Source of the DNA: Candidatus Krumholzibacteriia bacterium
Lineage (GTDB): Bacteria; Krumholzibacteriota; Krumholzibacteriia; WVZY01
Length of the DNA stretch: 19,603 nucleotides
Assembly: GCA_036478295.1 (NCBI GenBank)
Contig: JAZGDW010000259.1
Coordinates: 1 to 19,603, forward strand
Reading direction: 5' to 3'
The position numbers and the translations under genes are program-made. The first letter of the stretch is position 1. The number at the start of each line of letters is the position of its first letter. This document shows positions 1 through 8,639 of the stretch, in pieces. The notes under the pieces were generated by a model that saw nothing but the letters and a program-made list of their open reading frames with translations, made no database searches and was not told the origin of the DNA.

Positions 1-182
1 TCTACGACGTGACCGGCGCGCGGGTGCGCACCCTGGTGAACGGCCAGAAGAGCGCCGGCCGTTTCGTCGCATTGTGGGACGGCAGGAATGACCACGGCAA
101 CCCCGTGGGGTCCGGTGTCTACTTCTATCGCCTGCGCATGCCGGGATTCACGGATACCAAGAAGATGATGCTGCTCAAGTAA
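1..182 (+). CDS. 3' end (partial) of a secreted protein with a FlgD-Ig / T9SS type-A-like C-terminal domain
   Basis: Frame 3 reads YDVTGARVRTLVNGQKSAGRFVALWDGRNDHGNPVGSGVYFYRLRMPGFTDTKKMMLLK* (TAA 180-182). This is the typical IYDxxGxxVRTLV...WDG...SGVYFYRL...KKMxLLK tail. Not in the supplied ORF track because the start lies outside the window. Confidence 0.9.
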   Translation, partial: YDVTGARVRTLVNGQKSAGRFVALWDGRNDHGNPVGSGVYFYRLRMPGFTDTKKMMLLK

Positions 183-191
183 CTTTCCTCC

Positions 192-258
192 TGTATGAAG
201 TCACCCGGGCCGTTTTAATCCCTCCTCAACACACCGCGGCCCGGGGGGCTTTCATACA
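192..258. terminator. Long imperfect hairpin between convergent genes (possible bidirectional terminator)
   Basis: TGTATGAAGTCACCCGGGCCG (192-212) is nearly complementary to CGGCCCGGGGGGCTTTCATACA (237-258). It lies between the two stop codons. There is no clear U-tract. Confidence 0.5.
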
Positions 259-267
259 CGCCGGCTC

Positions 268-678
268 CTACCTGCCCCGCTCTCGCATCCACTTTTTGAG
301 CGCGTCGTACGACCTGAAATGTTCTTCGAAATCGTAGGGCCCGTGCCACTCGCAGTCGTCGACCGAGTGCTCCCGGCACATGTGCGGACGGCGCTCGTAG
401 ATCTTGCAGAGATTGGTGTCGGTATCAAGGAATTCGCACTGCGTGTGGATCATCACGTACCAGCGCCGGACTTCCACGTAGACGGAGACCTGTCCGTGGG
501 CCAGCATCCACAGGAGGTCGTCGTAGTCCCGCTTGCTCCGGGGCGTGTCTATTTCGAGCGAGAAATAGCGGCAGCACCTGGCCGGCAGGCACTGCGCGCA
601 CTGGGGATGCTGCACCACAGTCTCCGGCCGGCGGCGGCGGGTGGCGGTGCCTCGTTTGGGTCCTTTCACCTTTAGCAT
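268..678 (-). CDS. YkgJ-family (CxxCxxCC) cysteine-cluster protein, putative Fe-S or Zn binding
   Basis: Motifs CAQCLPARCC ... CEFL ... LCKIYERRPHMCR ... C match the YkgJ/CxxCxxCC pattern. Start is uncertain: ATG at 678 was chosen, and a downstream GTG before QHPQC is possible. Confidence 0.85.
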   Translation of the reverse strand: MLKVKGPKRGTATRRRRPETVVQHPQCAQCLPARCCRYFSLEIDTPRSKRDYDDLLWMLAHGQVSVYVEVRRWYVMIHTQCEFLDTDTNLCKIYERRPHMCREHSVDDCEWHGPYDFEEHFRSYDALKKWMRERGR

Positions 679-823
679 AGCGATTGAATAGTATAAAGGC
701 GGCGCCGGTTCAAGCGGAATCGAGGCATGGCACCCTATATCGGATAAATTGTCCAATACTTATAACGTGGCGGGGTAACTCCGCCGCAGCAGGGGCGAGA
801 CAAAACAACCCGCAAACAGGGAA

Positions 824-852
824 TTGACAAGGAGGTTTCCGATTACTAAACT
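824..852 (+). promoter_or_regulatory. sigma70-type promoter for the M6 protease gene
   Basis: TTGACA (824-829), 17 nt, TAAACT (847-852). Confidence 0.75.
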
Positions 853-857
853 AATAG

Positions 858-1045
858 GGAGATTCACCACGGTCCTGGTGCCGGGCGAGTGGAGCTGGCG
901 GCTCGCGAGAGCTGCCGATTATCTCGCCACAAGGGGGGGTGGATCACCGGTAGTTACAGCGACGACACAACAGCGATCATCCACTTCTCGGTATTCTTAC
1001 GCCCACTGATTTTCCCCTGTTGTTGGTTCTTAAGGAGGATGCTGA
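858..1045 (+). promoter_or_regulatory. Long structured 5' leader (candidate cis-regulatory RNA) with SD AAGGAGG at 1032-1038
   Basis: Hairpins CACCA/TGGTG (865-880) and GGCGAG..GGCGGCTC-GCGA-GAGCTGCC..CTCGCC (884-928, GNRA loop). Helix 934-944/979-989. Alternative anti-SD pairing 978-986/1033-1041. Confidence 0.45.
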
Positions 1046-3661
1046 ATGAAACGCACCGCGACGACACTCCTGATGGTAACGTTGTTGCTCGTATCGATGT
1101 CTGCGTTCGCGCAGATTGCGCCGCCGGCACCCGGCGTGGAGATGCCGCAGTCGTATTACGACGCCGTCGCCGATGATCCGACGGCGTTTCAGTTCAAGAA
1201 CGCCTGGATACAGAAGGCCCAGCGGGCAAGAGAAGCGAGAGAAGCGTATTTCTCGCAGCCGGGCCGCGAGGGGTTGAGTCTCTCCGCGCTCCCCGGTGAA
1301 ATGCGAGCCGAGATGGTGACCGCGGGAACGGTATTCGTTCCGGTCATCCTTTGCAAGTTCAGTAACACCGGCCCCAACCCCTTTCCGATCGCCAGCATGC
1401 AAGCAAGGCTGTTCGACCCGCCACCGGCGCTGTCGATGACGGCGCTGTACGATGAGATGTCATACGGCAACGTCCTCCTCACCGGTACGGTATTCGGGTG
1501 GGTGGCGCTGACGAGCAATGACAACTTTTACGAAGGTCCGCCTGGGTGTAATGGGCTCTGTGGTAACGCCAAGACCGGATTCTTGATTACCGAAGCCATC
1601 GCCTGGGTGGACCCGGGCACGGATTTCGGCCAGTTCGACAACGACGGTCCCGACGGGCTGCCGAACTCCGGCGATGACGATGGCTTTGTGGATTTCATTG
1701 CGTTCGTACACCCCGAGACGGGTGGTGAGTGTGGGGGTACCAACATGTGGTCGCACCGTTGGGTGGTGCAGGGGTGGTCGAACATTCCCGCTCCTATCAC
1801 GACCAACGACCCACGGTCCGGCGGCGGGTTTATCCGTATCCAGGATTACACGCTGCAGCCGGCGCTGGGTTCCCTCACCGGATGTGGCAGCGGAATGAAC
1901 GAGATCGGTGTCTTCGCCCACGAGTTCGGTCACGCCTTCGGCCTGCCGGATCTCTACGACACGAACGGCGGCGGCCAGGGCATTGGCCATCACGGATTGA
2001 TGGCATCGGGCAACTGGCGGAACCCGCCCAATCCGACTCACATGTCGCCGTGGTCCAAAGTGCAGCTGGGCTGGCTGGCCTCCACGTCGGTCGATGGACC
2101 CATGCAGAATTACAACATCAATAATGTTGAGGTGAACGCGCAGGTGTTCCAGCTGAACATCATGGAGGAGAAGTTCAACCGCAAGACGCTCGACCCGATC
2201 TCCGGCACGGCGTCTCTTCACTGCGGCGTGCCGGGTTTTCCGGCCTCGCAGCGCAACTGGATTGGGGGAGCGGGCTACGGCAACAACTGGGACGAGGCCG
2301 TTCGCCGCCACTTTACCTACGACGGCAGCAATCCGGTGACACTGCAGTACGACGCCTCGTGGGACACCGAGGCGACCTACGACTTTGGCCGCATCAAGAT
2401 CCTGGTCAACGGCACGACGAGCACCATCGTCAGTTTTGACGGTGTGGGTTCCGCGACCGGCGCCACCGCCGACCTGACACCGTTTCTAAGCGGAACCGGC
2501 GCCACCGAGTATCATCTTATCGCCGAGTTCACCTCGGACATCTTCTTTTCGGACGAGGACGGCAACTACCTATCGGGTCCCGGGGGCCCGTTCAAGCTCG
2601 ACAACATCTCCGTTACCGGCGGCGGCGAGAGTTATTTCAGTGACTTCGAGGTGCTCGAAGACGGCTGGTGCTACGATTTCACGGCGAACCCCAACAAGGA
2701 GTTCTTTCTCGTCGAGAACCGCAACAAGACAGGCGCCGCGTTCGACCAGTTCATCCACGGGGACGGTTTGTACATCTGGCATATCGAACAGAACGTCAAC
2801 GGCAACACCAGCGGGTCGCCGACCGTGTTCAATCTGCAGCCCGCCCTGGTGACGTTGGAGACCGCCGACAACCTGAACGAGCTCCTGCTAGGCGGCGACC
2901 GCGGCGACCCGGGCGACATGTTCCCCGGCTCGACCAACAACACGGCGTTCACGAACGCCACGTCGCCGAACAGCAAGAGCTACAACACCTTTCTGACCAA
3001 TGTCGTGGTTCAGAATATCAGCGCGCCCGGTGTGACGATGACCGCCGATATGGTGGCCGGTCGGTTTCCGCCGACGCTGACTGCGATCACCCCGAATATG
3101 GGTGACAACGACCAGGTGGTGCCGATCACCGACCTGGCAGGAACGTGGTTGTACAAGACCGGCACGTTCGCCCTGCGCAGCGGCGTGAGCACGTTTCCGG
3201 CGAGCAACGTGGGATGGGTCGCCAAGAGCAAGACGACCGGGGACCTGGACCTGAACGGCCTGGCCGGTGGCTTGTACGACGTGGTGTGGACCGGCCCCGA
3301 CGGTCAGGAGGCGGTTCTCGCCAGCGGGTTTACCGTCAACGAGGTGGCGACGGGTATCGGCGACGTTCCCTTTGCGTTCAACGAGCTACGCCAGAACCAC
3401 CCCAACCCCTTCAACCCGACCACGACCATCAGTTACTCGATCCAGGTGCGCGGTCACGTGGCGCTTCGCATCTACAACGCGGCGGGTCAGCTGATAAGGA
3501 CGCTCGTCAACGAAACGCAGACGCCGCGAAGCGGCGGGTTCAACGTGGTGTGGGACGGACGCAGCAATTCCGGCGCGCCGGTAGCGTCCGGTGTCTATCT
3601 CTACAAGCTGACGGCGGCGAGTAATTTCAACGCGGTGAAGAAGCTCGTTCTGTTGAAGTAA
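1046..3661 (+). CDS. M6-family (immune inhibitor A-like) secreted zinc metalloprotease with Ig-like domain and FlgD-Ig/T9SS-like CTD
   Basis: Signal peptide (…SMSAFA|Q). M6 signature IGVFAHEFGHAFGLPDLYD, Met-turn LMASGNW, HMSPWSK, acidic DNDGPDG…DDDGFVD loop, EFFLVENR…GLYIWHI. C-terminal QNHPNPFNPTTTISY…IYNAAG…WDG…SGVYLYKL…KKLVLLK. SD AAGGAGG. Confidence 0.92.
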   Translation: MKRTATTLLMVTLLLVSMSAFAQIAPPAPGVEMPQSYYDAVADDPTAFQFKNAWIQKAQRAREAREAYFSQPGREGLSLSALPGEMRAEMVTAGTVFVPVILCKFSNTGPNPFPIASMQARLFDPPPALSMTALYDEMSYGNVLLTGTVFGWVALTSNDNFYEGPPGCNGLCGNAKTGFLITEAIAWVDPGTDFGQFDNDGPDGLPNSGDDDGFVDFIAFVHPETGGECGGTNMWSHRWVVQGWSNIPAPITTNDPRSGGGFIRIQDYTLQPALGSLTGCGSGMNEIGVFAHEFGHAFGLPDLYDTNGGGQGIGHHGLMASGNWRNPPNPTHMSPWSKVQLGWLASTSVDGPMQNYNINNVEVNAQVFQLNIMEEKFNRKTLDPISGTASLHCGVPGFPASQRNWIGGAGYGNNWDEAVRRHFTYDGSNPVTLQYDASWDTEATYDFGRIKILVNGTTSTIVSFDGVGSATGATADLTPFLSGTGATEYHLIAEFTSDIFFSDEDGNYLSGPGGPFKLDNISVTGGGESYFSDFEVLEDGWCYDFTANPNKEFFLVENRNKTGAAFDQFIHGDGLYIWHIEQNVNGNTSGSPTVFNLQPALVTLETADNLNELLLGGDRGDPGDMFPGSTNNTAFTNATSPNSKSYNTFLTNVVVQNISAPGVTMTADMVAGRFPPTLTAITPNMGDNDQVVPITDLAGTWLYKTGTFALRSGVSTFPASNVGWVAKSKTTGDLDLNGLAGGLYDVVWTGPDGQEAVLASGFTVNEVATGIGDVPFAFNELRQNHPNPFNPTTTISYSIQVRGHVALRIYNAAGQLIRTLVNETQTPRSGGFNVVWDGRSNSGAPVASGVYLYKLTAASNFNAVKKLVLLK

Positions 3662-3696
3662 CCTCTTTACTGCGCCGGTGTAGCAACGGCACTAAC

Positions 3697-3736
3697 AGGC
3701 CCGGTTGTCGATCATCTCGACGACCGGGCCTTTCGT
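3697..3736 (+). terminator. Rho-independent terminator after the M6 gene
   Basis: AGGCCCGGTTGTCGA-TCATC-TCGACGACCGGGCCT stem (one G-U pair) followed by TTCGTT. Confidence 0.75.
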
Positions 3737-3768
3737 TATACGCCCCGCGCCAGGGCACCAATTCCGGA

Positions 3769-3798
3769 TTGACACCCGGACGCGGAGGGTGATAGGTT
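3769..3798 (+). promoter_or_regulatory. sigma70-type promoter for the acyl-CoA dehydrogenase-etfBA operon
   Basis: TTGACA (3769-3774), 18 nt, TAGGTT (3793-3798) with extended -10 TGn. Confidence 0.55.
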
Positions 3799-3885
3799 CG
3801 GGAGCGTTCGAGCGGCTGTCCAACTTCGGAGACCCAGGCCGCGCATCCCCCGCATCGCCTGGCCATTAAAAGACAAAGGCAAAAT

Positions 3886-5034
3886 ATGTCGGCATTTTTC
3901 GACCTGTCAGAAGAAGAGCGGATGATCCAGCAAACGGCGCGCGAGTTTGCGGATAGTGAAGTTGCGCCCGCCGCCGCGGAGAACGACAAGCAGGGGCGCT
4001 TTCCGCGCGATATCGTCAAGCGATTGAGCGAGCTGGGTTTCATGGGCATGTTGATTCCCGAGAAATACGGCGGGACGGGGGTCGGCAATTTTTGTTTGGT
4101 ACTTGCGCTGGAGGAGATAAACAGGGCATGCGCGTCGACCGGCGTGACCATGTCGGTGCACAACTCGCTGGCGAGCTCTCCCATTATCAAGTTCGCCAGT
4201 GAAAAGCTGAAGAAGAAATACTTGCCGGAAATGGCGACGGGCGCACTCCTCGGCGCCTATTCGCTGAGCGAAGCGGGGTCGGGAAGCGACGCGGCATCGC
4301 TCACCGCAGGCGCCGTCAAAGACGGCGACGAGTACGTGGTGAACGGGTCCAAGAGCTGGATAACCACCGGCGCGGAGGCGGATGTTTTCGTGGTCATGCT
4401 GCGGACCGACACGACGCAGCGCTCGAAAGGAATCAGCACCTTTGTCATCGACCGCGACACCAAGGGTTTGAGCATCGGAAAAAAAGAGAACAAGTTGGGG
4501 CTGCGGGCCTCGAGTACCGTCCAAGTGACGTTCGAGGATGCGAGGGTGCCGGCGGCCAACATGATCGGCCAGGAGGGAATCGGTTTTAAGATAGCGATGG
4601 AAACCCTCGACGGCGGGCGGATCGGCATCGGCGCGCAGGCGGTTGGAATCTCGCAGGCGGCCCTCGACGCATCGCTTGTCTACGCCAAGGAGCGGGAGCA
4701 ATTCGGCAAACCGATCGGCGAGTTTCAGGCCATCCAGTGGAAACTGGCCGACATGGCCACGGGCATCGAGGCGGCGCGGTTGATGCTCTACCGCGCGGCG
4801 CGACTCCGCGACCGGGGCGAGCCGCATACGAAAGAAACGGCGATGGCCAAGTTGTTCGCCTCCGAGGTCAGCAACCGCGTCACCCGTGAGGCGATCCAGA
4901 TTCACGGCGGGGCCGGGTATTTGAAGGATTTTCCCGTGGAGCGCTATTTCCGTGACGCCCGTATCACGGAGATCTACGAAGGTACCAGCGAGATCCATCG
5001 CATTGTTGTGTCGAGGTCGTTGCTAAGAGGCTAG
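3886..5034 (+). CDS. Acyl-CoA dehydrogenase (short-chain / butyryl-CoA dehydrogenase-like)
   Basis: Motifs AYSLSEAGSGSDA, NGSKSWIT, KLGLRAS, LDGGRIGIGAQAVG, REQFGKPI, QIHGGAGY, ERYFRDARITEIYEGTSEI (catalytic Glu at the SCAD/MCAD position). Adjacent to etf genes. Confidence 0.96.
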   Translation: MSAFFDLSEEERMIQQTAREFADSEVAPAAAENDKQGRFPRDIVKRLSELGFMGMLIPEKYGGTGVGNFCLVLALEEINRACASTGVTMSVHNSLASSPIIKFASEKLKKKYLPEMATGALLGAYSLSEAGSGSDAASLTAGAVKDGDEYVVNGSKSWITTGAEADVFVVMLRTDTTQRSKGISTFVIDRDTKGLSIGKKENKLGLRASSTVQVTFEDARVPAANMIGQEGIGFKIAMETLDGGRIGIGAQAVGISQAALDASLVYAKEREQFGKPIGEFQAIQWKLADMATGIEAARLMLYRAARLRDRGEPHTKETAMAKLFASEVSNRVTREAIQIHGGAGYLKDFPVERYFRDARITEIYEGTSEIHRIVVSRSLLRG

Positions 5035-5099
5035 CTGCGCTGGCCCGTCGGCAGCGTAGCTACCGGCGACTGGAGCCGCATTCCTGCGGGGTGCGGCTC
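5032..5099 (+). other. Two GC-rich intercistronic hairpins
   Basis: TAGCTGCGCTG…CAGCGTAGCTA (5032-5062) and GAGCCGCATTCC-TGC-GGGGTGCGGCTC (5073-5099). No U-tract. Confidence 0.45.
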
Positions 5100-5163
5100 G
5101 ATCCGCAAACACGCAGGTGGAGAGTCGGTACATTCGAGAATTGGCGGAAGAGGAGGTGCTCTG

Positions 5164-5961
5164 TTGAAGATTGGTGTGCTCGTGAAAAACGTTCCCGATA
5201 CCGAGGCGAAGATCAAGCTGACTTCGGATCAATCCGGAATCGAGACACAGGGGATCAAGTACGTCATGAACCCCTTCGATGAATACGCCCTGGAGGAGGC
5301 GCTGCAGATCCGCGAGAAACTGCAGGACGGGACGACGGTGACAGTGCTGACGTTGGGCCCCGAGCGCGTGGTCGAAACGCTCCGCACCGCCCTGGCCATG
5401 GGCGCGGACGACGCGGTGCACGTGTGGGACCCGGCGTTCGAGGGCGGTGACTCGCTGGCCAACGCGAAGGTGCTGGCGAAGGTCTTGGAACCGATGGCAT
5501 TTGACCTCATCCTCGGTGGCAAACAAGGCATCGACTACGATGCGGCGCAGACCTGTGCCGCCGTGGCGGAACACCTCGGCATCGCCCAGGTGCTGATCGT
5601 CGTCGGTCTCGAGTTGGCGGACGACAAGTCGTCGTTGGTGGCCCGCAGGCGGGTCGAAGGTGGCGACGAAGTGGTCGACGTCAAACTGCCCGCGGTGATC
5701 AGTTGTGAAAAGGGACTCAACGAACCGCGTTACGCGTCGCTGCCGGGTATTATGAAGGCGAAGAAGAAAGAAATCAAAAAGATCACGCTCGCAGACGTCG
5801 GACTGCCCGCCGGGGAAGTGGGCGCGGCGGGATCGGCGACGAAGATAGAACGATACGCCCCGTTGGCCGAGCGTCCGGAGTGCCGCATGATCGAGGGTGA
5901 GGCGGCGGACGCGGCGGCGGAGCTGGTGCGGGCGCTGCGCAATGACGCCAAGGCAGTTTGA
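5164..5961 (+). CDS. etfB: Electron transfer flavoprotein beta subunit
   Basis: MKIGVLVKNVPD, MNPFDEYALEEAL, ALAMGADDA, GKQGIDYD, LNEPRYASLPGIMKAKKK. TTG start with GAGGAGG SD upstream. Confidence 0.96.
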   Translation: MKIGVLVKNVPDTEAKIKLTSDQSGIETQGIKYVMNPFDEYALEEALQIREKLQDGTTVTVLTLGPERVVETLRTALAMGADDAVHVWDPAFEGGDSLANAKVLAKVLEPMAFDLILGGKQGIDYDAAQTCAAVAEHLGIAQVLIVVGLELADDKSSLVARRRVEGGDEVVDVKLPAVISCEKGLNEPRYASLPGIMKAKKKEIKKITLADVGLPAGEVGAAGSATKIERYAPLAERPECRMIEGEAADAAAELVRALRNDAKAV

Positions 5962-6028
5962 GTAATCGCCGCGTCGCCCCGAGGGCGGCGCAGAAGGAAG
6001 GAGTAGGGACGGGTTTCCCACAGGCAAA

Positions 6029-7015
<987 letters not shown>

Positions 7016-7048
7016 GAGCGCCGGAAGGCCGTCCGCGGGCGGACGCCC

Positions 7049-8311
7049 TTAGAAACTATAGGACAGATCGAGTGAAAAGAGGGTGGCGGTCGCGTCGTCA
7101 CCCTCTATCTTATGGTCCTCGGGTTCGTGATTCAGGAAAAGATTCGTGTTGAGGTTACGCCAGATCCTGGCCGACGCGAACACGATGATGCGGTGATAAG
7201 TAAAATCGGAGAAGATGACCTCGCTGCCCGTACCGTCCACACTGTAGTTGCGATGCCCCGGTTCGTAGCTCGCCGATAGCCATATGCGGGTGCCCGCGTT
7301 GTAGTTCACCCGCAATCTGGCTCCAACTTCCGTGTATTCGTCTTCGTGCGAGAAATCACTGTACAAGAATGCGAAGGTGGGTCCGAGACCGAAGGTCAAA
7401 TCGAAGGACTTGAAATATGATGCGATGATCGAGGTGCGGTTCTCGACATAATCGAAAAAAGCGTCCGTCTCGCGGTCGTAAAAATAACTCTCCAGCGTGT
7501 TCTCAATCCCGAATCCGAAATCGCCTCTTGTAAAAGGGTGAACGGTTGCCCCGGCCAGCACCGCCCAGAAGTGACTCTTCGTCGCCTTGTCCTCGTAAAG
7601 GCGCCTCTCGCCGTTCAGGTTGAAGTAGACGTGCCGGTTTATGTCCATCGTGGCCCGGTACTCGCCGGCGGCGGACCAGGCGTGGTAGCTTATCTCGGTG
7701 CTGTCCGGAATCGACTTGTTTGTGAACGCAACGGCGGCATGGTAGGTGGTGGTGAGATCTCGGTCGAGGTCCCCGCTCAGCGTAATGCTATTGCGAACGT
7801 AGTCGTAGTCGAACTCGGTTCTCTGGTCGAAGTCCAGCACCTCGAGCCGATCCGTCAGGCGCAGCGACAAGCCCGGCGCAATCGTGCGCTGGAAATACGT
7901 TCTCAGGTTATAGCGCAGGAAATCATTGGGAAAAGAATAGTCTGAACTGTCGCGGAACGTCCGGTAGGTAAGATCTGTGTCTATCGCGAAGCGCGCCGCG
8001 TCCGACCTGCGTATGAAATAGACGCGGCCCGTGGATTCCAGACTCTCTTCACCGACCAGGCTCTCGCCCTGCAGCTGCAAGTAGTTCTTCAGAAAGGACC
8101 CGTGCGTGTAGCCGAGGCGTAGGCGGGTCCTGAATTCGGTCAGCCGATCCAGCGTGTCCTCTTCGACAATGGTGTATTTTTCCGTGAAGCTGTCAAAACC
8201 GGTGGTAATGGATCCGGATACTTTTCCCGCCATGGCGCTGCCCGCCGGCAGAATAAAGTTAAGGGAAGTGAGTGCGATAAAGGCGAGCCAGCTGTGCCCA
8301 CGTCTAATCAC
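7049..8311 (-). CDS. Uncharacterised outer-membrane beta-barrel protein
   Basis: Signal peptide (…GSAMA|G). Many amphipathic Tyr/Phe-rich strands. C-terminal beta-signal LFSLDLSYSF. The GTG start overlaps the upstream gene's last codons, with AGGAG SD. Confidence 0.75.
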   Translation of the reverse strand: MIRRGHSWLAFIALTSLNFILPAGSAMAGKVSGSITTGFDSFTEKYTIVEEDTLDRLTEFRTRLRLGYTHGSFLKNYLQLQGESLVGEESLESTGRVYFIRRSDAARFAIDTDLTYRTFRDSSDYSFPNDFLRYNLRTYFQRTIAPGLSLRLTDRLEVLDFDQRTEFDYDYVRNSITLSGDLDRDLTTTYHAAVAFTNKSIPDSTEISYHAWSAAGEYRATMDINRHVYFNLNGERRLYEDKATKSHFWAVLAGATVHPFTRGDFGFGIENTLESYFYDRETDAFFDYVENRTSIIASYFKSFDLTFGLGPTFAFLYSDFSHEDEYTEVGARLRVNYNAGTRIWLSASYEPGHRNYSVDGTGSEVIFSDFTYHRIIVFASARIWRNLNTNLFLNHEPEDHKIEGDDATATLFSLDLSYSF

Positions 8312-8639
8312 TTTTCTCCTCGAGCAATTGGATGCCTTCCTCGATCATTTCCAACCCGAGGGCGTACTCCCCTTCGAGATAGAGCTCGCGCCCGATCCGT
8401 TGAAACTCGGTGGCTTCGAGCAGGGCGGCCGCTGGAAACCGGTCGTCCGATGACCGTTGCTGAATGAGTCGTTCAAGCCTGAGAAGAGCCATCTCGCAGG
8501 ATAGCCGATCGTGATCCGCTTCACCTGTGACCTCGAAGGCCGGCCCCGGAGCGCGGCTCGACACACACGCAGCCAAGGCCAGCCCTGAGAGAACAAGGAT
8601 CACAACTAATCCCGTGAAGCGTCCGGCGCTACAGGTCAT
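8304..8639 (-). CDS. Small predicted lipoprotein with one helical repeat unit
   Basis: Hydrophobic stretch plus lipobox LALAA|C. Helical C-terminus (…LLEATEFQRIGRELYLEGEYALGLEMIEEGIQLL). Overlaps both neighbours. Confidence 0.7.
   Translation of the reverse strand: MTCSAGRFTGLVVILVLSGLALAACVSSRAPGPAFEVTGEADHDRLSCEMALLRLERLIQQRSSDDRFPAAALLEATEFQRIGRELYLEGEYALGLEMIEEGIQLLEEKSD

Noticed and set aside
858..1045. Known riboswitch classes (c-di-GMP-I/II, cobalamin, SAM-I, ydaO, T-box)
   Set aside because: The diagnostic conserved sequences are not visible by eye, so no known-family call is made.
824..1176. Small ORFs 824-1009 and 889-1176 as leader peptides
   Set aside because: The first starts within the -35 hexamer, upstream of the inferred TSS. 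The second lacks an SD and overlaps the M6 gene out of frame. Neither has attenuator-type codon runs.
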